The notes below the pieces were generated by a model that ran no database searches, had not been told where the DNA came from, and saw only the letters and a list, made by a program, of their open reading frames with translations. From the NCBI RefSeq assembly GCF_006345805.1, contig NC_043000.1, positions 3,596,001-3,660,000 on the forward strand: a DNA stretch of 64,000 nt. Reading direction: 5' to 3'. Within the stretch, counting starts at the first letter, position 1. Every line of letters starts with the position of its first letter. Source of the stretch: Octopus sinensis. Its lineage: Eukaryota. Shown piece after piece: positions 39,609 to 52,539 of this stretch. Made by a program: the position numbers and the translations under genes.

Positions 39609-41110
39609 GTTACTTTAAAAGCTCTTCATTAGTTGATGCTGATTGACCTCAGATCTACTTTATTTTATGCATTGACTGAATGGCTGGACTGAGAAAAATT
39701 AATGTTCCACATGTAATATCTGAGTAAGTCCACTTAAGTAGATCTCACTACTTGGTGATATCACTTCTCCCCATTCTTTTTACCACAAATATGCAAACAC
39801 TAAGTATATACATCAAATCACATATAAGATCTAATATAAGTATATGCACACAGGGACATGAACATACAAATAGACACACATTACTTATCTATGTTTGAGC
39901 TATTCCCTAAATAAACTCATAATATTCCAGCAATATGTAACAAGGTGGCAAACAGATAAGGAAGTTTTCAAAAGAGTTCAACATTAAATTATAACAACTC
40001 AATTAGTAAGTTAATCCTGATTTCAGGAACATAATTGCTAATTTTAAGGCGCCTTCATACATGATCTATGCAGATATCATTATCAACAATAGAATTAGAA
40101 TCTTTTGTAAATTAAGAAACTGAGTCACATGTAACTGTTGCTGGCCTCAATTCTCAAGAATTAGCTGTTTATGAAGATGAAAGAAATATATCTAGCAGTA
40201 TTCTAGCTGTTATAGGTTTAGGGAAAATTAGACTTTAAAAATTCCTATTAACATTTATCTATATCTTGTTGGCAAGTCCCAGCAGTGAGCTGCAAGTATT
40301 TTTTTCTGTCTCAGGTTGATGCTTATACTGTCTAATATCATTTACGTTGAAATTGTAGCCATTAATTTATAAACATTTATTGTAGCTTTCATCTGTTTTG
40401 AAGAATAATTTTAATGTAATCTATACATCATTTTTAGAATCCATAAAGAGATATGTGGAGTTTAGAAAGAAATGCAATAAATATGATCTGTTCAAAATAT
40501 AACATTGACCTGCATGAGAGGTATGGCAAAAATAAGCTGAGAATAGTAGCTTGGTATTAAATATATCAATCAATAAATGCAGGAAAGATGACTGCACTGG
40601 TAAAGACATGGCACAATGGACAAAGAATACTTAGTGGAAAAGTCTTGTCTGTTCTTAGGAACATGTCCATAGTAAAACATAACCCATGGAAATATGGGAA
40701 GACATTGTAAGGTCAGATCTCAGAACAAGGCCTCACAGACAGGTTAACATAAGATCCATATGATTGATATACTGTATTGAAGATACACTTAAGATAGATC
40801 TAACTCATACCAGATAGAAAACAAAATTATGATGATTGTTCTAGTGAATATGATAATACTGTCCTTAATAAAATGCAAAGGTGGACATAATTTTTTAAAT
40901 AACTGACGTAGGTCGTTCAAATTTCACATGTTGGTTGAATAACTCTTCCTATGCAGTAACACTTGTTCCTGTTCTTCTTCATTGCAAACAAACAATGTAT
41001 TCCGTTATTGAGGTTTTGATAAAAGAGGTGTGTAGGCTGACTGACATTTATTTATAGATGGCAACAGTTTGCTAATAGAGATGACACTATTGATAAAAGC
41101 AATGTGCTCA

Positions 41111-41343
41111 AGGCGGCGAGCTGGCAGAAACGTTAGCACGCCGGGCGAAATGTGTAGCCATATTTTCGTCTGTCGCTACGTTCTGAGTTCAAATTCCGCC
41201 GAGGTCGACTTTGCCTTTCATCCTTTCGGGGTCGATAAATTAAGTACCAGTTACGCACTGGGGTCGATGTAATCGGCTTAATCTGTTTGTCTGTCCTTGT
41301 TTGTCCCCTCTGTGTTTAGCCCCTTGTGGGTAGTGAAGAAATA
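41111..41343 (+). mobile_element. SINE family B, young
   Basis: 10-bp TSD AATGTGCTCA at 41101-10 and 41344-53. Confidence 0.92.
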
Positions 41344-42176
41344 AATGTGCTCAGATGAATGAAGTAATTTAAAGAAAGGGAAACTGGCATTGAAGACAAA
41401 CCATGTAGTTGGAAACCTTCAACTGCAATCAATGACACAAATCACCAGTGAGAGGATGAATTGATATGCATAGACAGATAAGTGATGCTCCAAGAGCTTG
41501 TTGAACAACTGAAGTGTGGTCACAGGGTATTAAAAAAGATAATGAAAGACTTTGGGTTTTGAAATGTGTGCAAAGAGGGTATCTTAGTAATTGACACTTG
41601 ATTTAAAGAAGAGTGTAAGTCTACTGTGGTCTGCTGGAGATGTTTGAAACGAATGAAAGCATGTTCTTTTCCCATCTGGCGACAGGGGATGAAATGTGCC
41701 TGCATCTTTATGATCCAGAAACAAAGGTTCAGTCCATGAAATGACATCATACCTCTTCAACAAGATCAAAGAAGTTCAAAAGCCAGCAATTGGCACAAAA
41801 ACTCAGAAACACAGTTTTGGGGAAAGACAGGGAGCCATTCTCTTTGATTTCCTGGAAAGTGGCTGTACAGTGAACAGCAAAGAGTTTATTGAGACACTCA
41901 GAAATCTTGGAGAAGCCATTAAGAGGCACAGACTGAGTAAAAATCTGAAAACAATGGGCAGTTGCTAGGACAGTGCACAACCACACACATATTTGGCAAC
42001 AAATCAGACAATCATAACATTAGACTGGTCAGTAGTCCGCTACCATGCACCATACAACTTGGATCTGATGCCTTCTGACCTCCACTTGTTTAGTCCAATG
42101 AAAGAAGGTCTTCTAAGATGTTTTGATGACAATGACAAAGTGACAATGGGTGTGAAGAAGTAGGTATGACAGGATA

Positions 42177-42400
42177 TAAGGGCAGTGAGCTGGCAGAATC
42201 GTTAGCATGCCGGGCGAAATGCATAGCTGTATTTCGTCTGCCGTTATGTTCTGAGTTCAAATTCCACCGAGGTCAACTTTACCTTTCATCCTTTCAGGGT
42301 CGATAAATTAATTACCAGTTACGCACTGGGGTCGATGTAATCGACTCAATCCGTTTGTTTTTCTTTGTTTGTCCCCTCTGTGTTTAGTTCCTTGTGGGTA
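42177..42400 (+). mobile_element. SINE family B
   Basis: 13-bp TSD GTATGACAGGATA at 42164-76 and 42401-13. Confidence 0.92.
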
Positions 42401-42882
42401 GTATGACAGGATACACATGAATTTTCTCAAACTATTGAACAGTATCTTCCACATAGGAAGATACTCTGCCAACATGCACAGTTGAAATTACTTATGTCAG
42501 TTAATAAAAAAAATGTGATTCCTACTTTTGTCTCAGTTTTGGGACAACTTTTGTAATGACACCAATGACTTTAACAAAACTGACAATGCCAACGATGAAG
42601 ATGATAATTATGATGATGAAAACAAGTTGGTAGAAGTAGAAAAAGAATATAAAAAATGATATGAAATATTGGTGAAACAAATTAAAGAATAACAAAATGG
42701 AAAATAAACGCATTTTATCAGTAGTCTTCTCTTGAAATATTTGCCTTAAGATAATTGTAAATGTAATCTAATAGAATTTCAGATTACTGAACATTGATCA
42801 GCTTTGGATGATTACTAATAAAGCTATCAGATACAGCTGCTAGAGAGGATCTGAATTACAACAGTATTTATAAACATCATAT

Positions 42883-42883
<1 letters not shown>

Positions 42884-42966
<83 letters not shown>
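42884..42966. repeat. (CA)n(TA)n microsatellite
   Basis: Direct reading; one of many such tracts in the window. Confidence 0.95.
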
Positions 42967-42972
<6 letters not shown>

Positions 42973-45053
42973 CCATACAGATAGTGAAGCAAACCAACTG
43001 ATTAATGGTGAAATAAATATTGTAAAAAAAGTCAAATAATCTTTGTGTGCCACTATTTGATAAATCAGAATAAAAAGGAAATATCAACTGAAATTTTTAA
43101 GAAATGTAAGAATATCTAATAGCAGATAATTCTGAATATTTTAAATTTATTAAAACAAGATTGGTATTTTTTTGGTTTCTTTATCTTACTATACAAATCA
43201 TCATCATCATCATCATTTAGTGTCTGTTTTCCATGCTAGCATGGGTTGGACGGTTTAACTGGGGTCTGTGAAGCCGGAAGGCTTCATCAGGCCCAGTCAG
43301 ATTTGGCAGTGTTTCTACAGCTGGATGCCCTTCCTAACGCCAAAATGATTTAAACAAAATGATTAAAACAAATGATTTAAATAAAAGAAAAAAATATGAT
43401 GTGATGTCCACTAATTTTCTATATAGTCTCACAGCTTCAGTTGCTATCAAAATCAGTTTGAAATGATACATAGTGACATTGTCTTGTATGTTTACTACCA
43501 TACAAATCAATGTTCAATTTAAATTATTTTCTAAGTTCTAAACTTTACTCAATCTATTTCCATTATTCAACACCATATATACGAATACTTGCTAATGGTT
43601 ACATAGTTTCAACTTCGGCATTAGTGATTCCGAAGCAACCCCTGTGAACTCAAATTTTAAAGTTAATTTGAATTTAATTTATTTTAAATGTAATCAAATG
43701 TTTTTGATTTAAGAGTCAGTAAAAATCAATGGGTGCATAATATGTATAGAGTTTAATTTTATAAATTGGAGTGAGTTGACTTGCTATGAAGAGTGAAAAA
43801 TCCAATGTTCTTAACACTTCAGACAGAGAAGAAGAAAAAAAAAGATCTCAACACTAAGACACAAAAATGCTAATGGGAGAAAGAAATGGGAAACTGATGT
43901 CTAAAAGTAGAGGTGAAGAAAGGGGGAAGGTCAGGGGGCAATATCGAGGTGGGGTGTGGAAGGCTGGAGCAATATGAAGAGGAAATAAAAAATCTGGAGA
44001 GAGGGATGAACAAAGTAGTAGATGGGTGGAGTAGGGGAAAAGATAGAAGGTTGGATAAGGAGGAGAGGGTCAAGGGAAAATGGGTGAGAGGATACAAACA
44101 CCGTAACAAAGTCAACCAGGAGGAGGAGGAGGAAGAAGGCAGGAATGAGTTAGTAACAATGACTGGACCAATACTAATTAAAGTCTATTCAAAAATACAT
44201 ATAAAAAGTTAGTTAGTTTTGGGGAAACTGAAACGTTAGGAAGGGGTACAGGGAATGGGGGGTGGGGGCAGAAAATATAGTAGTCTTTGAAGAGAGGTAA
44301 AGAAAATAAATATTTTATAAAAATAAAAATAAAACAGGAGCTGGTATTATATCAATGAGATCTGAAAGGACATCAAATATAAACATGCACATGTCATCAG
44401 TGCTTTATGTCCACTTTCTATGCAGACATGGGTTGGATGAGTTGTTGCTTTCTGAGATGAGTAAGAAGACTATGTCTCACTCATAAGCTTCGGATTTGGC
44501 TTGGATTCTATGGCTGCCTTTACTAACACTAGAGGGGTTGCCATGACTTCAACAAGACTAAAACGGCCTCTTGACCCCACACTTAACTGAATGCATTGTG
44601 TGTATTTTATCATGGCAACAATGCTGTAAACAAATAGGAGTGAGAGTTTGATGGATATCAGGAGAAGAATCAACAGTGAAAGTGATGACAGATGTCAGCA
44701 CTTAATGGCCAAAAGGCAAGAATTGATAGAGTGTATAGGGTACCTACATATTTGATAATGTCCCTTGTACATGTTGCTCAAGATGGGTAAAACAGCTAAG
44801 ATAATAAGGATGAGAGAGGTAAAGATGGAGCATTAATGATAAGGCTAGACAGATCTAGTGGTATCTCTAAAAGCAATGTATGGTAAACAAGGCATTCACC
44901 ATCCTTTGTCTCACACACACATACATATATCATCATCATATATACATTTAATGTCTGTTTTTTTTTGCTGGCATGGGTTGGACTTTTTGACAGAAGACTC
45001 CAGCAAGAGGCATGGTTTCTATGGCTGGATACCTTCCTAATGCCAACCATGTA

Positions 45054-46319
45054 ATGGTCATCCCATAAGTTCTGTCCAATTTTACCTTTTTTTAAAACTG
45101 AATGAAATTTAATAGTATTTTAGAATGTCTAATAGAATTAAAAATTATTTTTATGCATTTGTGTACATTTAAATTAATTAAATATTATCTTACAGAATAA
45201 TAGAATTAAAATTTCATTGATTAAAACCCTTTTTAACAAGGAAGTATCCAAAGAGCATTTAAAGCATATAATGCTTTATGAGTACAAAAAAGGAAACTCT
45301 GCAGCTGAAGCAACTCAAAACACACACTCAGTTTATGGGAAAGAATGCTTGAATGAAAGAACTTGCAGAAGATGGTTTGCAAAATTCAGAAGTGCAGATT
45401 TCAGCCTTCAAGATGAAGATCAAAGAGGACATCCAGTTGAGTCTGATAAGCTCCTTGAGGCATTACTTGAAGAAAATCCTGCATTATCATTTGAAGAATT
45501 GGCAATAAAGCTTAGTTCATCATCATCTTCAACAACTTGGAAAGGTTCCAAAACTTGGAAAATGGGTGCCTCGTGAATTGTCTGAAAGCAACCACAAATC
45601 CCAAGTTGACATCTGCTCTTCTCTCCATTCTTGAACTCATTTCACCCTTTCTGGATAGACTTGTGACTGGTAACAAAAAAATGGATCTTCTATCAAAATG
45701 TTAAACGCCGTAAGCAGTGGCTTGGTAGAAGGGAAAAAGCTCAACCACAACCAAAAAGGGAACTTCATGGGAAAAAGGTCCTTCTCTATCTGGTGGTATT
45801 GCAAAGGAGTAATTCACTTTGGATTGTTACCATCTAATGCAACAATCGATGCTCAAGTCTACTGTCAGCAATTAGAGCATTTGAACCAAACTTTGAAGAA
45901 AAAATGACACGCTTTAGTGAATCGAAAAGGAGTGATGTTTCATCAGGACATTGCGCAACCCCACACTGCAAAGATCACATCACAGATGATCAAAGAGCTT
46001 GGTTGGGAAAAAATTCCTCATCCACCTTATTCTCCCAACCGTGGTCCTTCAGACTACCATTTGTTTCGTAGTTTACAGAATCATTTGGAGGACATAACTT
46101 TTGCAAGCCAGGAAGAGGGCAAAACTGACATTTCAGAGTTCTTTACTTTGAAACCAAAAGAGTTCTACATTGATGGGATTAAAAAGTTTGTAAATAGATG
46201 GAACGAAGTCATGGATAAGCAGGGAAAGTATATTGATGATTAAATTTCAATTAAATATAACATTTGATCACTTGTTTTCCTTATTCAAAATTCGGACAGA
46301 ACTTATGGGATGACTTGAT
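45054..46319 (+). mobile_element. Near full-length mariner (~1.27 kb)
   Basis: TIR GTCATCCCATAAGTTCTGTCC / GGACAGAACTTATGGGATGAC with TA flanks. Confidence 0.92.
45217..46243 (+). pseudogene. Mariner DD34D transposase, frameshifted
   Basis: HTH region, KWVPREL, VTGNKKW (first D>N), FHQD-x34-D in YSPNRGPSDYHLF; split across three ORFs. Confidence 0.92.
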
Positions 46320-46343
46320 TATATATATATATATGTATATATA

Positions 46344-46739
46344 CTAGCAGTATCGCCCGGCGTTGCTCAGGTTTGTAAGGGAAATAACTATATAAGCATT
46401 TTTAGAGAGTTATAGCCAAAAAATAGCAAAAAAATTCATTAAAAATGGAAAAAAAATTATGGTAAATTTTTTTTTAAATCGTTGACTCATCGTAGACATT
46501 TTTAGAGAGTTACTTCCCTTATATAATAGCGAAAAAATGCATTAAAATGGAAAAAAATTATGGTAAATTTTTTTTTAAATCGTAGACTCATTGTAGACGC
46601 GCGCTAATACCCACAAGGGCTCGATATGAATCGCGACTATAAGTTAAACTGCACCGCAAAATGTGGGAGTAGTTAGGAATCTAAATCGTAGGAGACAGAC
46701 ACACAACTTCTCTTTTATATATATATATATATATATATA
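46344..46739 (-). mobile_element. Non-autonomous Helitron
   Basis: Minus-strand 3' end CCTGAGCAACGCCGGG hairpin, then CTAG|T; internal ~110-bp duplication; TATAAAAGAGAAG 5' region. Confidence 0.75.
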
Positions 46740-46880
46740 AACAAGAGACAAAGACAGGTAAGGGAACAAGAAGATGTTTAAGTTTGACGCTTGGGAAGAA
46801 TGGAAAAGTCTTAGGTATTTCAACCCTATGCCCTTCAACAGAAAGGGTTGGAAAGAAGGTAGAGAGAAATAGAGAGGTGT
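46740..46880 (-). mobile_element. Diverged copy of the 56.1-kb hammerhead-like element
   Basis: Reverse complement CCCTTTCTGTTGAAGGGCATAGGGTTGAAATACCTAAGACTTTTCC aligns to 56191-56240. Confidence 0.6.
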
Positions 46881-48459
46881 TTGTGTGTGTGTGTGTGTAT
46901 ATCATTATTATTATGCAAAAGTGTTGTAAGTTCAAAACATTGCTTTTTCAGAAAAAAGTAAAACTGTTTGACTACACTTTAAAAATATTTGATATCTTGC
47001 CATCTGAAGCATAACTGGAGATATGATAGTTTGACCAAAAGAACCAGCAAAAATAAATAGTGGAAAACAAAATGCATTTGGTCAAATTTGGACATATGAC
47101 AGTTTAACATAGTAGCAACAATATTATATACCACAAACATTATACAGAGAATGCAAATATGTAAACACAATATATCTTATACACATAACACACATATACC
47201 AAGTTTTATTGAAATTGATTATGAACAAAACTCTGAGCTTACTCTCATGGAATAATGTGACCAATAATATATGAAGAATCATAAACTTAAGGTCAAAAAC
47301 CTTGTTTATTATCTATCAAACACAGAACATAGTAAATACTCTTCTTAGAATGGGAAAGTTGAAGTAGCAATAAGCTTTATTACTTGGAAGCTACTATATC
47401 TCTTTAAAGATTAAATAAAATCAATTTTATTGTGTGAAATATTACTTTTGTAATTACTTCATAATATAGTAAAACAAGAAAATGTAAGTCAACAAAAACA
47501 AAATTCTTTTAATACTCCACATCACCATCTGATATATTTAGTACTTTTGGTGTTTCAATTTTCTTTCTATCTGAGGCACATTATTTGTGTAATGATGAGA
47601 GGCAAAAAAAAATGTTGGTTTCCTTACATAGAACTTGAATTTTAGGACTTAAACCAATATCCTAAATGTAACTGTAAAAACTTTCAGAATCTAGTTTTAA
47701 GATGTTTTAGACTATTTTACATTTCATTCTGTGGTTTATAATGGCACAAAATACGTTCCTTTTTTTAAATCTTTACCAGAGATAGAAATAAACTTTTATT
47801 ATATTGATACAAAGTATTTGTCACAAAGCCAAAATTATTAAAGGCTATTAATCAGTTGTGCATACAATATTTATCAGTTGTGTATAGAATATTTATCAGG
47901 TGTGTATAGAATTCAAAAGAAAAAACATAATGAGACAGCTTATTTAATTTAACATATAATTCATTAACAATCTAATCATGAAATTAAATGTCATTCCTTC
48001 ACGTTAAATACCATAAAATTTGGTTTTAAAATATCTTGATGCAGATTGTATACCTATATAGAATGTTTATATGTTCAGTCTGAGCATAAGTAACAAAAGC
48101 CTCAAAAACTGAAGATAAATTAGTAACAGTAATAAGAGAAGAAAATATTCTAAAATATCTAAATGTGTGTGCATGCACATACACACATGCATATTGTCAT
48201 CATCATTTGAATGACTATTTTTCCATGCTTACATAGAGTAGGCAGGATTTCTTGAGTCAGATTTTCTATGACCACATGCTCTCTTCCTGTCACCAAACCT
48301 CACTGATTTCCAAGAAAGATAATATTTTCCTATAGCTGAGATATGTTTCTGAGAAAGATTGCAAACAGACAACACATCTTGTATGATGACAATATTTGTT
48401 TACATTAGTGTGTGATGTCAAGACAGGGAGACAGAAAAAGTTGGGGTGGGGGAGGGGGA

Positions 48460-48735
48460 CATGCCTCAGTGATTAGGAAGTTGTACTCATGATTGCGAGT
48501 TCATGGTTTCAATTCCTGGACCAGCTGGTGTGTTGTGTCACGAAGCAAAACTTTTCATCCCACATTACACTGTGATCAGTACGACACCTGATGTTTGGTG
48601 CACTGTGCACCAGTCCAGGAAACATCAATTAGATGGAAGGGGGTGAGTTAATGTACAGTACATACATTTGATCACTATAAACAAATAATTTGACTTGTGC
48701 AGGTTATTCAGCAAGAAACTGCAGCAGAACCATCC
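48460..48735 (+). mobile_element. Diverged tRNA-derived SINE (fourth type)
   Basis: CCTCAGTGATTAGG...GGTTTCAATTCC A/B-box-like head with a distinct body. Confidence 0.55.
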
Positions 48736-49281
48736 ATATATATATATATATATATATTTACATACACATACACACATACATACATGAATACACAAAATGA
48801 GCTTCTTTTCAGCTTCCACTTACCATATTCACTTATAAAATTCTGGTTGGCCTAGGGTTATACTAGGGAAAACTTGCCCAAGGTGTCAAGTATTAGAACT
48901 GAAACAAAATCATGGTTGTGAAGCGAAGTTAATATGGCCATGCCTACACATCCATCCATCCATCCAAACATATATATATACATATATATATACATATATA
49001 TAAACTAAATATATATATATATATATTAGGCAATGAGCAAAAAAATTAAGACAACGCAAAGAAGACAAATTTTAATAAATGTATCAGTTTAACACTTAAA
49101 ATGAAGGGAAAGAGTCTTGACGTTTTGGATGTAGATCTTTCATCAGAAAAAATAAAGAATGAGAAAAGTTTGTGGAAAAATATAAAGAAGGCAAAAAGAT
49201 GGTTGATACATATGTGTATATATATATATATATGTATATATATCATCACTAAAACATAAATCCAAAACAGATGCACACTGT

Positions 49282-49770
49282 CTAAGTTATAGAGCAGTAT
49301 ATTATATAAATAAAGTTAGATAAAGCCTGCTTATGGAATTACCCTGGGTTTCATGTCCATAAAGCACTTACAGCGTATCATAAGATTGTGCTTCTGTTTC
49401 AAATTTATGTTTTACCAACGATCCGTCTCACATCCTGGCCAGAGTGTTCTACAAAGACCATGTAGTTAGTGTTAAATAGCTGTCCAGTCGGTCATGCTTA
49501 TACATATTTATAATAAGCCAACCGGTTTGTGATCAGAAGATACACCATACAGCTAAGCATTTTATGGATGTGAAACCCAGGGTAATCCCATAAACAGGTC
49601 TTATCTAACTTTATTTATATAATATACTGCTCTATAACTTAGGGGGTGCTTTTGTTTTGGATTTATGTTTTGCCAATAATCCATCTTGCTCCCTGGCCAG
49701 AGTGTTTTACAAAGACCATGTGGTTTGTGCTAACTAGCAGGCCATGATTATATATACTTACAGAAACCAC

Positions 49771-49780
<10 letters not shown>
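49282..49780. mobile_element. Inverted-plus-direct repeat module (Penelope pLTR-like)
   Basis: Arms 49282-49379 and 49539-49642 are inverted (outer ~41 bp perfect); the spacer is repeated directly at ~49655-49775. Confidence 0.65.
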
Positions 49781-49813
<33 letters not shown>

Positions 49814-50020
49814 TTATAAATAAGGATAAGATCGATATTTAATTAGCGATCTTATCAAGTGGCCAACATGGGAATAAAAACCTTACAAAGGTAATAATTA
49901 TTTAAAACTATAAATTAGGGTATCCGAGAGATACCACCACACTGAAATAGCAGTCAAAACCTGCCCCTAAAGCCACCTTAAATGTTCATATAGCACTAGG
50001 AGAGTAGACAGAGAGACAAA

Positions 50021-50052
<32 letters not shown>

Positions 50053-50058
50053 TATATA

Positions 50059-51057
50059 TACAAGATAAGAAAATGGAGAAATACATCTAAATCAAATATC
50101 AATTACCAGATAATACTCAATCACATACTTTATTAAACCACCACATAAGAGACTGTAGGGTTAATATAAAAAGCAGAACAAATCAGTGTACATAAAGGAA
50201 TGTACATAAAAAATTGTACATTCCTTTATGTACACTGATTTGTTCTGCTTTTTTATGTTTAACTCTACAGTCTCTTATGTGGTGGTTTAATAAAGTATGT
50301 GATTGAGTATTATCTGGTAATTGATATTTGATTTAGATGTATTTCTCCATTTTCTTATCTTGTATTAGTAATTTGTGGTAAATCATTTTACCTTTGCCCA
50401 TATAATACAGTAAATGAATTAATTGCATTGCAATCATTAACATTTATGTATTAACTTTGTTGGGTACTTCACTAACAGTATATTGGATATATGTTATCCC
50501 ATGGAGGGTTGCATTTACAACCCCTATCTCAATTTGTATATATATATATATATATATACAAGATAAGAAAATGGAGAAATACATCTAAATCAAATATCAA
50601 TTACCAGATAATACTCAATCACATACTTTATTAAACCACCACATAAGAGACTGTAGGGTTAAATATAAAAAGCAGAACAAATCAGTGTACATAAAGGAAT
50701 GTACATAAAAAATTGTACATTCCTTTATGTACACTGATTTGTTCTGCTTTTTTATGTTTAACCCTACAGTCTCTTATGTGGTGGTTTAATAAAGTATGTG
50801 ATTGAGTATTATCTGGTAATTGATATTTGATTTAGATGTATTTCTCCATTTTCTTATCTTGTATTAGTAATTTGTGGTAAATCATTTTACCTTTGCCCAT
50901 ATAATACAGTAAATGAATTAATTGCATTGCAATCATTAACATTTATGTATTAACTTTGTTGGGTACTTCACTAACAGTATATTGGATATATGTTATCCCA
51001 TGGAGGGTTGCATTTACAACCCCTATCTCAATTTGTATATATATATATATATATATA
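50059..51057. repeat. Two tandem ~498-bp units, each a ~305-bp hairpin plus ~170-bp tail, separated by (TA)n
   Basis: Arms 50059-50206/50215-50364 and 50557-50705/50714-50863; 8-nt loop TAAAAAAT. Confidence 0.92.
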
Positions 51058-51632
51058 CATATAAAGTTATATACATTTATACAAATATAATACCTTTTAC
51101 AGATACCAATCAATTCAATCAAATTCTCAATAACTTATTGTTTATGCAAAACTCACCAATTTTCACAACATTTTAAAACCTAACACCACCATCTTTCAAG
51201 TCTAAACCCATTTATGAATGCAGAATTCAGAAAAATATTTTGCCAGTAAAGTGTGCTTATATTCTAATCATGTTCAATCTCAAAGCCTATATGTCTGCTC
51301 TAATTGTTTCCATTACATCTATTTGCTCTCTTTGACCCCACAGTTAAAGAATAATAGAAACTTGTACATAATAGATGAGCTCTTCATTGTATTATATCAA
51401 ATGATATTGAGTTGCAGATGCAATGAAAAAATAATCGTCTGATAATTCAATAACCCAAATTGCAACAATTGTAGAAAACTAATAACAACAGTTTCTGATT
51501 ATGAAAAAAAATCTACATTACTTAGAAATGATTGAATTATATATGGTGATGTTGGATGGGAAAACTAAGCAGAATAATTTTCATCAAACTTTACATTGAA
51601 AAGCAAGTAAATATAGTAAATATGCATTTTAC

Positions 51633-51681
51633 CTCGATGGAAAAGTCTCTGTCAACACTGTACCGTGTTCGTAAATATTTC
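51633..51681 (-). CDS. Candidate 49-nt exon (KYLRTRYSVDRDFSIE or NIYEHGTVLTETFPS)
   Basis: ttaatttaatatttttcag acceptor, GAG|gtaaaa donor, 3 CpG; two frames open. Confidence 0.3.
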
Positions 51682-52539
51682 CTGAAAAATATTAAATTAA
51701 AATCCATTTCAGATGAATTTATCTCACATATTTCATAATGTAGAAAAGTCTGTGAACTAAGCTCCAAATTTATAATTACAATAATTTATTACAAAAATAT
51801 TTTTCAAGAAAAATTCACTGCTTTCTCTTGAGTGTGCTGGTTTTTATACATCCTAATGTATAATAGATATCTTCAGTTTTACATTCGAATATTCTGCTTA
51901 TGTCAGCTTCTTTGCACAACTATTAAATACACAAATTTACAAAATACTTGCACATTTCTAACTGTAGCACTTTTAAAATTATTTTTAGCTTTAGAAAATA
52001 TTTAATTCTCATATATTTAACTTTCATTAAACATTACTGTAATACAAACAAAAACATTATATATTATTTCTTAAAAAAGGCATGCATCTTGTTAATTATG
52101 CAGGTATAAATAAATCTTATATATAATAGGTGAATGGGTGGCAGTGTGTTTAAGATGTTTGCTTCCCAACCACATAGTTTCAGGTTCAGTCCCATTGCAT
52201 GGCTCCTTAGGCAAGTAACAGTTACTATGTTCACCAAAACCTTATGAGTGGATTTGGTACACAGAAACTGAAAGAAGCTCACTGTGTGTATGTTTGGGGG
52301 TGCGCATGTGTGTGTGTGTGTGTATGTCCTTGTCTACCCATCGCATAATATCATAGTTGCATATGAGTGTTGCTGTTATACATGTAGTGTCATTCATTTC
52401 CAATATTCTGCAAAAACAGGTCAGTCCATAGGAAATATTAAAGATAAGGGCTGACAACTGGGAGAGCATCTGGTGACCTCAATGAACTCCAACTGACCCA
52501 TGCAAGCATAGAAATAATATTAAAATAATAATGGTAATG

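Larger units (their letters stand above)
40855..42550 (+). mobile_element. Decayed mariner with long imperfect TIRs and two SINE insertions
   Basis: YDPETKVQSM and PYNLDLMPSDLHLFSPMKEGL motifs; AACTGACGTAGGT...CTCTTCC (~40902) is mirrored by GGAAGATA...GTCAGTT (~42455-42502). Confidence 0.7.

Noticed and set aside
43870-44212. 99-aa Glu/Gly/Lys-rich ORF
   Set aside because: Purine-rich low-complexity sequence with no recognisable motif.
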